A stretch of DNA of 59,148 bases from a virus (IMGVR_UViG_3300027639_000001:1-59148), one strand, 5' to 3'. Shown: positions 8,541 to 17,377, counted from the stretch's first letter. The notes: generated from the sequence alone by a model not told the origin. Translations and numbers: made by a program.

Positions 8541-8870
8541 ATGGAATTGTTCACCAAGAAAATGGGTTGGTGGGTTCTCCGCGACATTCTGAAGGAAAGG
8601 AAAGAGTTTAAGAATTACAGCAAATCATTTCGCGGTTCTGCCGATGTTCCGATGAGTATTAGCAGCATGGGAACATGGTTGGAAGACGGGGAACTGAAGC
8701 GACTGAATGAATATCTTTCCAAAAAGCTCATTGATTACATCGTGTGGAGTTACAATACTCCGCTCTATGTTCATTGTGGTGGATTTTGGATTGAAGTAGA
8801 GCACCGAAGCAATTCAAAGACCACCATGTACCACCGTGGTCAAATGCAGACTGCTGTCAGTCAGCTTTAG
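8541..8870 (+). CDS. hypothetical protein
   Basis: AAGGGG RBS; YIVWSYNTP...SKTT..H motif. Confidence 0.7.
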   Translation: MELFTKKMGWWVLRDILKERKEFKNYSKSFRGSADVPMSISSMGTWLEDGELKRLNEYLSKKLIDYIVWSYNTPLYVHCGGFWIEVEHRSNSKTTMYHRGQMQTAVSQL

Positions 8871-8913
8871 TTAGTTTGGTTGCCGACTTGTTCGGCAACC
8901 TTGCTAGCCAAAG
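8865..8913 (+). promoter_or_regulatory. intergenic hairpin, putative RNase III site
   Basis: CTTTAGTTAGT-TT-GGTTGCCGA-loop-TCGGCAACC-TT-GCTAGCCAAAG. Confidence 0.6.
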
Positions 8914-8941
8914 TGGCTAAATAAAATAAGGGAGAATAACC

Positions 8942-9478
8942 ATGTCTGAGTTTCAGCCTGTCGTTGTCAACGTGACCAACCTGGACGAACTTAAGGCGCT
9001 TGCCGCGCGGGTCGGTGTTACCTGGCCCAAGGCTGGTGTGCACCCCAAGAACAAGGTTGTCTTTGAGGCTACCAAGCAGGGCATCTTTGTGAACATGAGC
9101 AACTACCAGAGCATTTCTAAGCCTAAGGCGGCTGCTGAGAAGTTTGTGGAGATCACCGCCGTGGCTGGTGGTAAGCGCTACTCTGTGGTTGCCAGTGTGT
9201 CCGAGGTTCGAGAGGCGAACGGCCTTACCGGCAAGCGAGGTGCTACGTCCAAGAACGTCTTTCGTGAGTTCGCACTGAACCAGTGGGGTCTGTCTGAGGC
9301 TGACCTTGTGAGCGGTGACGTTCAGATCTGGCCTGCGGAGGCACCGAAGGATGAGGCTAAGCCCTCTGAGACGGTTGCTAAGCCGCGTAAGGCTGCCCGC
9401 AAGGGTAAGGACACCAGCAAGGCGTCTGAGGCTGCTAGCGAGCCTGTGAAGGCTGAGAACGACACCGCGTCTGAGTAG
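8942..9478 (+). CDS. probable highly expressed DNA-binding protein (weak Lsr2-like motif, K/A-rich tail)
   Basis: GGGAG RBS; SEVREANGLTGKRG; AKPRKAARK tail; strong codon bias. Confidence 0.5.
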   Translation: MSEFQPVVVNVTNLDELKALAARVGVTWPKAGVHPKNKVVFEATKQGIFVNMSNYQSISKPKAAAEKFVEITAVAGGKRYSVVASVSEVREANGLTGKRGATSKNVFREFALNQWGLSEADLVSGDVQIWPAEAPKDEAKPSETVAKPRKAARKGKDTSKASEAASEPVKAENDTASE

Positions 9479-9524
9479 TCAATGTGGTGGGGGTCTATGA
9501 CCCCCACCTATTTGAACACTTAGA
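9470..9524 (+). promoter_or_regulatory. intergenic hairpin, putative RNase III site
   Basis: TCTGAGT..TCAA..GGTGGGGGTC-TAT-GACCCCCACC..TTGA..ACTTAGA. Confidence 0.55.
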
Positions 9525-9535
9525 TTGGAGCTAAT

Positions 9536-9721
9536 ATGCAAGATTTTGCAATGGGAATGCTTTCAGCATCTTTGGGATGGTTTTTCGGAACAATGATTTT
9601 TTGGCATGGAATTCATGCTAACGAAAAGCCGGTGTTTGTTCCTGATGATGCCAATCAAGTATGTGTTGTCACACCGGCTAAGAATGGCCAGGGTGACGGA
9701 TATGATTGTAAGGGCCTTTAA
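9536..9721 (+). CDS. small membrane protein
   Basis: GGAG RBS; N-terminal hydrophobic helix. Confidence 0.6.
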   Translation: MQDFAMGMLSASLGWFFGTMIFWHGIHANEKPVFVPDDANQVCVVTPAKNGQGDGYDCKGL

Positions 9722-9873
9722 ATGGGATGGATTTTAGTCTATATCCAAATACCATGTTTGCTTGCCTCGCTTCACTCTGGATTTATGTACGGTAAAACGA
9801 GCAAAAGGCAGTGGCAAAAACAACAGATATTTTTCGCTGCTGTTGTTCTATTGATCACTGTGCTAATCATTAT

Positions 9874-9923
9874 CTTCTAGTTTTGTTGGTGCACAAATAT
9901 TTGTGCACCTTCATTCCTAGAAG
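9874..9923 (+). promoter_or_regulatory. intergenic hairpin, putative RNase III site
   Basis: CTTCTAG..G-TT-GGTGCACAAA-TA-TTTGTGCACC-TT-C..CTAGAAG. Confidence 0.55.
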
Positions 9924-9932
9924 GGAAATGAA

Positions 9933-10220
9933 ATGAACATTCGAAATCTCATTCAGGAAATGAACGAATTGGCTCAGGAAGCTCGAAATGGTGACGGTTA
10001 TCGTCGCTATAATCAGCGCAAGCTGTGCGAAAAGTTCGAAAAACTGAGTAGTGAACTTGGAGGTTTGGGCGACAAGCTTCGTGAGGCTATTCACGATGAG
10101 CGAATGAAGGCCGATACTCGTTATTACTTGGATGGACAGAACGGAACTCTCAAGGCTCATGCCGATGCTGAGAGGAATACGGATTCATTGATCAATCAGC
10201 TATCGAATTTCGACCAGTGA
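9933..10220 (+). CDS. hypothetical coiled-coil protein
   Basis: AAGGG RBS; ORF. Confidence 0.7.
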   Translation: MNIRNLIQEMNELAQEARNGDGYRRYNQRKLCEKFEKLSSELGGLGDKLREAIHDERMKADTRYYLDGQNGTLKAHADAERNTDSLINQLSNFDQ

Positions 10221-10294
10221 GAGGCATTATCGTCGGAGTAGCAATTGGTATCGTTTTGTGGTGCATAATTCTATTGATCGTTTTTGGAGGATAA
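10217..10294 (+). CDS. 25-aa single-pass membrane peptide
   Basis: GTGA overlap with upstream stop; MRGIIVGVAIGIVLWCIILLIVFGG; abuts next ATG. Confidence 0.55.
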   Translation: MRGIIVGVAIGIVLWCIILLIVFGG

Positions 10295-10528
10295 ATGCGA
10301 TTCATTATCACTGAAGTTGTTAGTTCTAATCCGGAAGATAATCGGAGCACTGTTCCCACTCCGGATTTTGAGCATGTCTCAGATCTTGTCCATTGGCTTT
10401 CTACCGAGGGTGGCGGAGCTGGACAGGAGTATTGCCGCTCCGTAGCTGACTGGTACCTAGCGGGTGCTCATGGCTCGCTCAATGTCCCTAACGGTCCCTC
10501 TTGGCATGATGTGTGGGTGAAAGCTTAG
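10295..10528 (+). CDS. hypothetical protein, paralog family C
   Basis: GGAGG RBS; MRFI...GP...DVW..A shared with the next gene. Confidence 0.7.
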   Translation: MRFIITEVVSSNPEDNRSTVPTPDFEHVSDLVHWLSTEGGGAGQEYCRSVADWYLAGAHGSLNVPNGPSWHDVWVKA

Positions 10529-10588
10529 TTGCTAGTTTGCCCGGTGTGCTGCTGAAATATGCGTACACCGGGTTTGCTGGCCATTAAG
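10524..10588 (+). promoter_or_regulatory. intergenic hairpin, putative RNase III site
   Basis: CTTAGTTGCTAGT-TT-GCCCGGTGTGC...GTACACCGGGT-TT-GCTGGCCATTAAG. Confidence 0.6.
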
Positions 10589-10606
10589 TTCAATTAGGGA
10601 GAAACA

Positions 10607-10831
10607 ATGCGTTTTATTGTTAGGGAATTTAGGGATGGCGATAGTGTTCCTCTGTATACCGATCATTCAGAGGAAATTGTTAATGCGGCAGAACTAATTG
10701 ATTATCTCGTTTTGCAAGGTGCAGATTCAAAGTATATGGCCACCGTGCTTGAATGGCATTTTAAGGGCCACAAGAACGATTTGCTTGTTGGTGATGGTCC
10801 CGGCTATTGCGATGTTTGGCAGGTTGCCTAG
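10607..10831 (+). CDS. hypothetical protein, paralog family C
   Basis: GGGAG RBS; paralog of 10295-10528. Confidence 0.7.
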   Translation: MRFIVREFRDGDSVPLYTDHSEEIVNAAELIDYLVLQGADSKYMATVLEWHFKGHKNDLLVGDGPGYCDVWQVA

Positions 10832-10877
10832 TTATTAGCTTGCTAGCTGTCTTGTACAGCTAGCTTGCTGATTGCTA
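10829..10877 (+). promoter_or_regulatory. intergenic hairpin, putative RNase III site
   Basis: TAGTTATTAGC-TT-GCTAGCTGT-loop-ACAGCTAGC-TT-GCTGATTGCTA, then AAGGAG. Confidence 0.6.
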
Positions 10878-11117
10878 AGGAGACTAATATGGAAGGATAT
10901 AAACGCTGGCAATTGGATCTGCCTAAGCGTTCAGAATTCAATTCTGAGCAGGAATGGTTAGACGCAGTTGAACGCCATTTAAATGAAGACTAAATCAGCT
11001 ATAATTAGTCCAGGTGAATAAAATGGATGAATGGTTTAGGAATTACGAACGTAGAAACGATGCACAAGTTGTTTCCCCCGATTTTCTCATTGATGAAGAT
11101 TGGAGGCTAGGCGCAGA

Positions 11118-11423
11118 ATGAAACTGTGGGTTGACGATGAACGCGACCCGGTCCAACACAACCATGATGGTTGGGTCTGGGCTAAGACATGCTCAGAGGC
11201 CCTAGAAGCGCTTAGGTCTGGTGAGGTAACACATCTCAGCCTTGACCATGATCTAGGCGGCACAGAGACTGTCAGACCGGTTGTGCTTTGGCTCTGTGAC
11301 AATCTCGCCTGGCCAGGATTTGTTAAAACGCATAGCATGAATCCTGTTGGTCGTGAATGGATCAACCAAATGATTGCACGTTACGGCCATTGGAATTGGG
11401 AGAACAAAAATGCAGGCACTTAA
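11118..11423 (+). CDS. cyclic-phosphate-processing receiver-domain protein
   Basis: MKLWVDDER, LSLDHDLG, HSMNPVG motifs. Confidence 0.8.
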   Translation: MKLWVDDERDPVQHNHDGWVWAKTCSEALEALRSGEVTHLSLDHDLGGTETVRPVVLWLCDNLAWPGFVKTHSMNPVGREWINQMIARYGHWNWENKNAGT

Positions 11424-11649
11424 GATTGAGGCACCAAACGATTCGTCTAGAAATCCCCGGCGAGGCTGGATTGTTTACAATGAGAGCGGCAATATTGTCT
11501 CATTTGTAAATGAGAATTATAATTCAAACGCCCTGAAGAGAGCTTATCCGTTTATTCGAATGACGGATTTGGGCTGCATTCCAACAACCGCTAAATTTTA
11601 CAATCAAATGATGAGGGATTATGCACACAGAGTGCCACCTGTGCAATAA
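11410..11649 (+). CDS. hypothetical protein
   Basis: GGGAG RBS; ND...NPRRGWIV motif. Confidence 0.6.
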   Translation: MQALKIEAPNDSSRNPRRGWIVYNESGNIVSFVNENYNSNALKRAYPFIRMTDLGCIPTTAKFYNQMMRDYAHRVPPVQ

Positions 11650-11809
11650 ACCAAAAGAACAAACTCCGATCACCAGGCTGGATAGCATTATTCATGACCG
11701 GCAAGAAAAATTGGATGCTATTCTGACAGAAATCGAAAGGCTTAGGCAAGAGGCTCAGGCAGTAGGAAAAGAGCTAGGAATCTTTAGACATATTCGATAT
11801 GGTAGTTAA
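11621..11809 (+). CDS. small coiled-coil protein
   Basis: ORF with CxxC and heptad pattern. Confidence 0.5.
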   Translation: MHTECHLCNKPKEQTPITRLDSIIHDRQEKLDAILTEIERLRQEAQAVGKELGIFRHIRYGS

Positions 11810-11859
11810 ACGTTGATTACGCTAGCCTCAACTGAGGCTAGCTAAATGAGTGTTTAACT
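11804..11859 (+). promoter_or_regulatory. intergenic hairpin, putative RNase III site
   Basis: TTGATTACGCTA...TAGCTAAATGAGTG shared exactly with 13184-13238. Confidence 0.6.
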
Positions 11860-12198
11860 CGGGAGGAAAAATGATTTGTGACGCATGTGAATATGGTGAA
11901 GAGGATGGGCCTCTTTCGGGTTACCGAGGTGGAGCATATTTTCACGACCATTGTGCAGAAGAATTGGGCATTTCTGAAAGCGAAATGAACTAGTTCCATT
12001 GTTCAATAAAATTATCCGAGGTGACTAATCATGCTGGCAAGCAGACGAAACCGAGCAGTGTGGAACGTTGACAACCCAATGGACGACGACGGGTTTTACA
12101 TGTACGCCTGGGACACCAAGAGCAAGGCACCCCGTCGAAGGGCTCTCAGGCGTAAGGAGAACAACGCTTGGAGGCAGGAAGCTCGAAGGTACCTGAGC

Positions 12199-12249
12199 TG
12201 AGGATTGATCTTGCTAGGCTCGATCTGAGCCTAGTTTGATGGGTTCTCA
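12199..12249 (+). promoter_or_regulatory. intergenic hairpin, putative RNase III site
   Basis: TGAGGATT-G-ATC-TT-GCTAGGCTC-loop-GAGCCTAGT-TT-GAT-G-GGTTCTCA. Confidence 0.6.
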
Positions 12250-12265
12250 ACGAAAGGATGACCCA

Positions 12266-12715
12266 ATGAAGATAGAAGATCTTGATCTGACACAGGTAAA
12301 CATTAGTGCGGTTCAAGAGTGGATTAATGCTTTGCGTTCTGGCAATTACCGGCAGGGCAAAAATGCTCTTGCTAGAAGCACAGCAGAAGGAACCGAGTAT
12401 TGTTGCATGGGAGTTGCATGCGAAATTGCTCCCTTTGAAGATATTAAGGGTTTGTTTACTACAAACTTGCTCTTTCTTTATGATAATGAAAATATGGTGA
12501 TGCCTCTTAGAGTCAGGCAATGGCTTTTTGGTAAACAGGAGGTTGTGCTAGGGAATCCTTACATCACTAGTATGGATGTTGAGCATGAGTTTTTCGACAA
12601 TGAATCTTCTCTTGCCGAACTGAATGATGCTCACGGCTGGACCTTTGATGAAATTGCTGAGGTAATTGAACAGGCAATTTTGGAGCCTGCCAAACTGGCA
12701 CAAGCCAAAAGTTAG
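12266..12715 (+). CDS. hypothetical phage protein
   Basis: WINALRSGNYRQG..L, CCMGVAC, LAELND..GWTFDEIA motifs. Confidence 0.75.
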   Translation: MKIEDLDLTQVNISAVQEWINALRSGNYRQGKNALARSTAEGTEYCCMGVACEIAPFEDIKGLFTTNLLFLYDNENMVMPLRVRQWLFGKQEVVLGNPYITSMDVEHEFFDNESSLAELNDAHGWTFDEIAEVIEQAILEPAKLAQAKS

Positions 12716-12846
12716 ATATGTTTAGTGTGATTGCAGCTCGATTTGATCGAGCTGCTTTCGGGTTAAACGTGCCTAGAATAATTTCGGGGTACAATCACCC
12801 ACATGTTTATTCAAACAAAGTGGTAGTGACGATTATAGGGGTAGGA

Positions 12847-13035
12847 ATGTATTGGCAATGCTTTCTTTTGACGCTCATTTTTGCGGGTGCATCATTGACT
12901 GCTAGTTTATCAACAGGATCATTTAAGGAAGGTGGATACTTTATGGGCATTGTGCTAATGATTGCTACCTTCTTTATGAGTTCCGCCGCCATGATGCAAC
13001 TATTGCACATTCTGAAGCTTACTTTTAAGGGGTAG
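12847..13035 (+). CDS. two-helix membrane protein
   Basis: GGGG/AGGA upstream; two hydrophobic segments. Confidence 0.55.
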   Translation: MYWQCFLLTLIFAGASLTASLSTGSFKEGGYFMGIVLMIATFFMSSAAMMQLLHILKLTFKG

Positions 13036-13183
13036 CAATGGAAACGGCTATCGCTGTTGCTGCTAATGGGCATTTGATGGAATACGAAGTCAAGCCCAAT
13101 GGTGAATACGTTGAATGGTCGGCAAGGTGTGTTAAAGAATGCCGGGCTTGTCGTGATGGTGAATATCTGCCGGATTGGTAAAA

Positions 13184-13238
13184 CTGATCATTGATTACGC
13201 TACCCCCAATCCCGGGGGGTAGCTAAATGAGTGATTAG
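13184..13238 (+). promoter_or_regulatory. intergenic hairpin, putative RNase III site
   Basis: CTGATCATT-G-ATT-AC-GCTACCCCC...GGGGGTAGC-TA-AAT-G-AGTGATTAG. Confidence 0.6.
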
Positions 13239-13245
13239 GAACAAA

Positions 13246-13458
13246 ATGCATTATGTAGAACATTGGTTAGAATGCCAAGAGTGCGGAGATCGATTAAGGC
13301 TGCTTACTCAACAGCAAGCACAAATGGTAGCTCGAAATCCGTATAATTACGTTGCTTATTGTCTTAAATGTAGAAAAGATATTATCAAACAATTAGAAAG
13401 AGAAGAATATGGCGGATTCAGCGAAGGAAATTCTTCAGAAAGAGATCGAGGTTCTTGA
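13246..13458 (+). CDS. small Zn-ribbon protein
   Basis: CQEC...CLKC. Confidence 0.6.
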   Translation: MHYVEHWLECQECGDRLRLLTQQQAQMVARNPYNYVAYCLKCRKDIIKQLEREEYGGFSEGNSSERDRGS

Positions 13459-13580
13459 TGGAGAAATTAAAATGTATGAGCGTGAAATTAACGGATTGCA
13501 TGCTAAAATTCGTTCAAATCAAGATTTAATTAGTATTTGTCGTCAAGCTAAGGATGCACTGAGCAGGGCGCTCAAGGCTC

Positions 13581-13904
13581 ATGGCTGAGAGCCACGCTAA
13601 CAAGATCAACGTTGTGATGCATGTCTGTACCTACCCCGTGAATAGTTCGGGCGGTACAGACGTTCTCAGCGTGCAAAGCGTACCGCTAGAGTTCGAGTCT
13701 GCACATGAGCTAGTACGCTACATGCGCGGGCAGGGAATATATAGGCCCAGCAGTTGGCCCGGTTATCAAGCGAATTGTTGGTATGACAGTAAGCTAATAA
13801 ACGGGGTGCAGAAAACAATAGTAAGAATAGAATCTACTAATAGAGAATGGCATAAGGTATGGTTAATAAACGCGGACCTAGAACGGGAAAGTGTCAGCAC
13901 ATAA
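13581..13904 (+). CDS. hypothetical protein
   Basis: 107-aa ORF at end of the rightward island. Confidence 0.55.
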   Translation: MAESHANKINVVMHVCTYPVNSSGGTDVLSVQSVPLEFESAHELVRYMRGQGIYRPSSWPGYQANCWYDSKLINGVQKTIVRIESTNREWHKVWLINADLERESVST

Positions 13905-14081
13905 AGCCCTGTAGATTAAAGCCATGTGATTTAGCATGGGAAGAGAAAGTGGATAATCTAGAGGCTGATATAGAAACATGGAATAGATGGGTTGCTGCTA
14001 AACGCAAATCTAAATAGATAGCCTATATGCGTATCGTTTATCGATATGCTTTATATGCTGAAAGACGAATAAATAAGTGTA

Positions 14082-14199
14082 ATTGCAAATATTAATTATT
14101 GCAAATTTTATTGCAAATATATCGATTTATTAAACATTTATTGCAAATAATAGCGATTTATTGCGCATATTGCTTAATTTACGCAATATTATTGCATAT
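14082..14199. repeat. cluster of ATTGC(AAAT) direct repeats in very AT-rich DNA
   Basis: ATTGCAAAT at ~14082, 14098, 14111, 14141; variants at ~14160, 14191. Confidence 0.65.
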
Positions 14200-14562
14200 C
14201 TACAATAGATATATTCAAAGGAGAATCAGAGTGAATAAGAGATTGATTATTGGAAGGGTCGGAGCGGGATGTATGTCTATGTTTCTATTTCTAGTACTAG
14301 TATTTGTATTGTGTATTAGCATATGGCTTATTGGTACATGGATGATATCATGGATTGTTGTATAACCCCCGCTTTTAACACATATTATATATTAATTATA
14401 TATATATTTGTTTTTGTATTCTCTTATTCATTCTCTATTACATAGTCTATGCTATATAGGCATTGGCATATCAAACATGCACCGGCGCACGATGCATTAA
14501 ATTTTCCATATTTCATTTCTCTTATTTATTCTGATATATATATTTGCATATAAAAGACATAC

Positions 14563-14607
14563 AAAAAGCCCAGTAGACAAACCGCGTCTACTGGGCATAT
14601 TTTTTTT
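14563..14607. terminator. bidirectional intrinsic terminator between converging arms
   Basis: AAAAA-GCCCAGTAGAC-loop-GTCTACTGGGC-ATATTTTTTTT. Confidence 0.8.
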
Positions 14608-14786
14608 GCAATAAATATCGAATATGAATTGAACCTCTTAGAGCATATTTTAAATGCGAATCGAATTAATCGATTTGATATTTATGTGCGCACTATTCTT
14701 TTTTATTTTTTTTAAAAACACCACATCGTCTATTTTTAAAAAAATGTGACATTTTGATTTGAAATAAAGTTGATCTTGAAATTAGA

Positions 14787-15035
14787 TCATCGATTTAATG
14801 TTTGTCTAAAAGCGATATTTTTCAGTTCTTTTTTAATTTCTTTGCGAAAGTTTCTTAGAGTATGCTTGTATAAACAAAAGTATCCTAGTTCTTCTTTTGT
14901 TAGGCTATTATAGAATTTATATATATTACCATCAGCAACTAATACAATCACCCCGCCGGGCTGAAATTCATCTTTGACTAATCTATAACTTGTATATTGG
15001 CTTACCGCGAATGTATCTTCGCTTATCGTATTCAT
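14787..15035 (-). CDS. hypothetical protein
   Basis: ORF, last gene of the leftward arm. Confidence 0.55.
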   Translation of the reverse strand: MNTISEDTFAVSQYTSYRLVKDEFQPGGVIVLVADGNIYKFYNSLTKEELGYFCLYKHTLRNFRKEIKKELKNIAFRQTLNR

Positions 15036-15065
15036 TCTACTCTTTCTTATGTTTTCATAAAGACT

Positions 15066-15401
15066 TTATTGTTTGTCAAACCATTCATTAAATCTTCGAA
15101 TTTGTTCATCTGATATTTCTACATCAGTAAAGATAGATAGTTGTGGACTTGATCTTTTTTGTATATCTTTATATATATTATCTGATACTACAATAAATTC
15201 TTCTTGAATCCCCCGGATTATCCAATCTCCGCGATAAAGATTCTGAAAAACTCCGGTAACATAATTCCATACTTCGGCTTTGCCGACATCTAATTTTCTA
15301 AAACAATGCGTGTCTCCATGATCATGATGTTGTGCAAATTCATGCACTTCATTATCATTATCGAGCCATTGAATTGCTTCTAATTCTATATTAATCTTCA
15401 A
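15066..15401 (-). CDS. hypothetical phage protein (A.QW...GDWII.G family)
   Basis: EAIQW...GDWIIRG. Confidence 0.65.
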   Translation of the reverse strand: MKINIELEAIQWLDNDNEVHEFAQHHDHGDTHCFRKLDVGKAEVWNYVTGVFQNLYRGDWIIRGIQEEFIVVSDNIYKDIQKRSSPQLSIFTDVEISDEQIRRFNEWFDKQ

Positions 15402-15649
15402 TACTTAATACCTTTCAGTGCGCACAAACCGCGCTCGATGATATTTAATTTCTCTTTAACTTTTTGCATGATTTCTTCTGAATCTGGTTCTGAAAAAGAA
15501 AAGAAGGGATGCCTTTCTATTTTGAACATCCCTTTCTTATACTGCACTACATAATAATGTTCACCACACTGAAATACTTTTATTTTTCTAGGATCTATTT
15601 CTTTGTAGTTTTTCAGAAGCCGATTGAAGTTTTCTTGTGTAAATCTCAT
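15398..15649 (-). CDS. hypothetical protein
   Basis: 4-bp overlaps with neighbours. Confidence 0.55.
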   Translation of the reverse strand: MRFTQENFNRLLKNYKEIDPRKIKVFQCGEHYYVVQYKKGMFKIERHPFFSFSEPDSEEIMQKVKEKLNIIERGLCALKGIKY

Positions 15650-15906
15650 TTGAATCTTTCTTGTGCTGTTTGTTGATCGAATACCTGTATTGTACCGTCA
15701 TAGTCAAAGATATAATCTGAAACGTTAATTTCTAAAAGATTTTTCTCGGACACCCGGCGCAATTTGATATACGTATTTGATTTGTCTATTGCTACCGTTA
15801 TACAATCTGGATGCTGCGCAATCCAATCGTATACGTCTACTATATTTTCTCGTGTTACTTGTGCTGCTCGAACTACTTCAATAAGCACATAAGGTTTCCA
15901 CATCAT
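15646..15906 (-). CDS. hypothetical protein, loosely similar to 15066-15401
   Basis: AAQVT.EN...V.DW...DYI. Confidence 0.55.
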   Translation of the reverse strand: MMWKPYVLIEVVRAAQVTRENIVDVYDWIAQHPDCITVAIDKSNTYIKLRRVSEKNLLEINVSDYIFDYDGTIQVFDQQTAQERFK

Positions 15907-16241
15907 TCCATCCCATAAAAGTCCATGGGTCCTACAGGAGTTTCGCTATCTTCTACGATAGTGTTAAAAAATGCTTCACGCTCTAATTTAGCTCTCAGTT
16001 CCTGTATAACAGAATTAGCAGCCTGTCGTATTTTACTTTCTAGTTCTGATTGAGAATTGTTTTCTAGTGAAAACAGTCCAGAGAACATACTGAAATTACT
16101 ATCATTATAAATTCTTACTTTAAAATTACCGTTACCAATAGCATCATCCATTAGGCATTCTAGTTTGATTCCTAAAGCATCTAGCTCTGGTTGAATTGCT
16201 GGTGTTGCTGAACTAACTATCGAATCTTTTATCTTTTTCAT
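15903..16241 (-). CDS. hypothetical protein
   Basis: GGGG RBS before ATG at 16241. Confidence 0.55.
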   Translation of the reverse strand: MKKIKDSIVSSATPAIQPELDALGIKLECLMDDAIGNGNFKVRIYNDSNFSMFSGLFSLENNSQSELESKIRQAANSVIQELRAKLEREAFFNTIVEDSETPVGPMDFYGME

Positions 16242-16812
16242 ATCTACCCCGATTTTTCCATGAAATTTGTAACCTAAATCCATCTGTCCAGTGCCAGTAT
16301 AAATCTTCCTGATATTTTGCATCAGAAAGCGCATTATGTTCAGGAAACTTATTTAAGTCTCTTTCTAGGACTTCCTGCTCATTGCGAATAGTTTCAAGAT
16401 CATTGGTGAACATAGGAATAGGTTCAGGTAAGTTTATCATAGGTCCATAGATTTGTGCCAATAGCACATGATCATATGCCGAATACCAACCCCATAATTC
16501 TACTTTATCCCTTGATTTATATTTTCCATTTTTAGAAATGAAGGTTTGAATTATTGGACCCCATTTTTCGTATGGTACTCCAAATTTTTCTGTATCTTCT
16601 TTGGAAATTAATTGCAATACATTCTTATGTAACCAAGAGGAGGGCTCTGACTGAATGCCTCTCCATTGATAAGATTCTAGATTGTAATAGGTTGACATGT
16701 ATTCTCTATTAATCAAATAGAGTTCTCTGCCATCTTCAGCCTTGATTCCCAGGCTGACAGGAATAATTGTGGTTCCATTTTCTTCAAACTCAGTATCAAT
16801 AAAATATTTCAT
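16213..16812 (-). CDS. DEDDh 3'-5' exoribonuclease (RNase AS / Rv2179c-like)
   Basis: YFIDTEF, WGWYSAYDHV.L..I.G.M..LP..IPM, HNALSDA. Confidence 0.85.
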   Translation of the reverse strand: MKYFIDTEFEENGTTIIPVSLGIKAEDGRELYLINREYMSTYYNLESYQWRGIQSEPSSWLHKNVLQLISKEDTEKFGVPYEKWGPIIQTFISKNGKYKSRDKVELWGWYSAYDHVLLAQIYGPMINLPEPIPMFTNDLETIRNEQEVLERDLNKFPEHNALSDAKYQEDLYWHWTDGFRLQISWKNRGRYEKDKRFDS

Positions 16813-17093
16813 ACATAATCCTTTCCAAAGTATACTTCTTCAAACACAAAGCTATCTAGCTGACGTATAAAAACTTTAGCTCTTCTGTTTCCCTTTTTGT
16901 ATGTTATTTTGCCTTTAGTCTGGCCAATGCTTCGATAGGCACCGGAGTGACTCCAATTATTTCTAGAGTATTCAATATAAATAATAAATTCCGCGTATTC
17001 GGCTTCCGATTTATATACTTGAATCCATTGCCCATTTCTAAAAACATAAAAGTAACTTTTAGATTGAGGTTCTGGTAAATTAAATCCGTTCAC
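16809..17093 (-). CDS. hypothetical protein
   Basis: 4-bp overlaps. Confidence 0.5.
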   Translation of the reverse strand: MNGFNLPEPQSKSYFYVFRNGQWIQVYKSEAEYAEFIIYIEYSRNNWSHSGAYRSIGQTKGKITYKKGNRRAKVFIRQLDSFVFEEVYFGKDYV

Positions 17094-17350
17094 TCTGTCA
17101 TATGCTTTCTTTTGAGTTCAGCTATTACTTTATTTGATATTTCAGTGGTAGATCCTAAAACATTCAATTGATTTCTAATATTCTGAAGCTCTACCAAAAT
17201 CTTTTCTAGAACTTCAATAAGCTTGTCACCATCTCTACTTACATTCCAATTAGCCATTTTTCTCCTTTCTATTCTTTGTTTTGTTCTAATGACAAAGAAA
17301 GCCCTACCTTCATCAGATAAGGCTTTCCAAGTTTTCTTTATTTCATCCAC
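17090..17350 (-). CDS. hypothetical protein (alternative start 17257)
   Basis: ORF; AGGAG RBS before internal ATG. Confidence 0.45.
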   Translation of the reverse strand: MDEIKKTWKALSDEGRAFFVIRTKQRIERRKMANWNVSRDGDKLIEVLEKILVELQNIRNQLNVLGSTTEISNKVIAELKRKHMTE

Positions 17351-17377
17351 TTTTAGATTTAAATTATTACGTCTATG

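Noticed and set aside
14099-14365. 88-aa ORF from TTG 14099
   Set aside because: The 5' half is the AT-rich repeat tract; only a shorter membrane peptide from ~14231 is plausible
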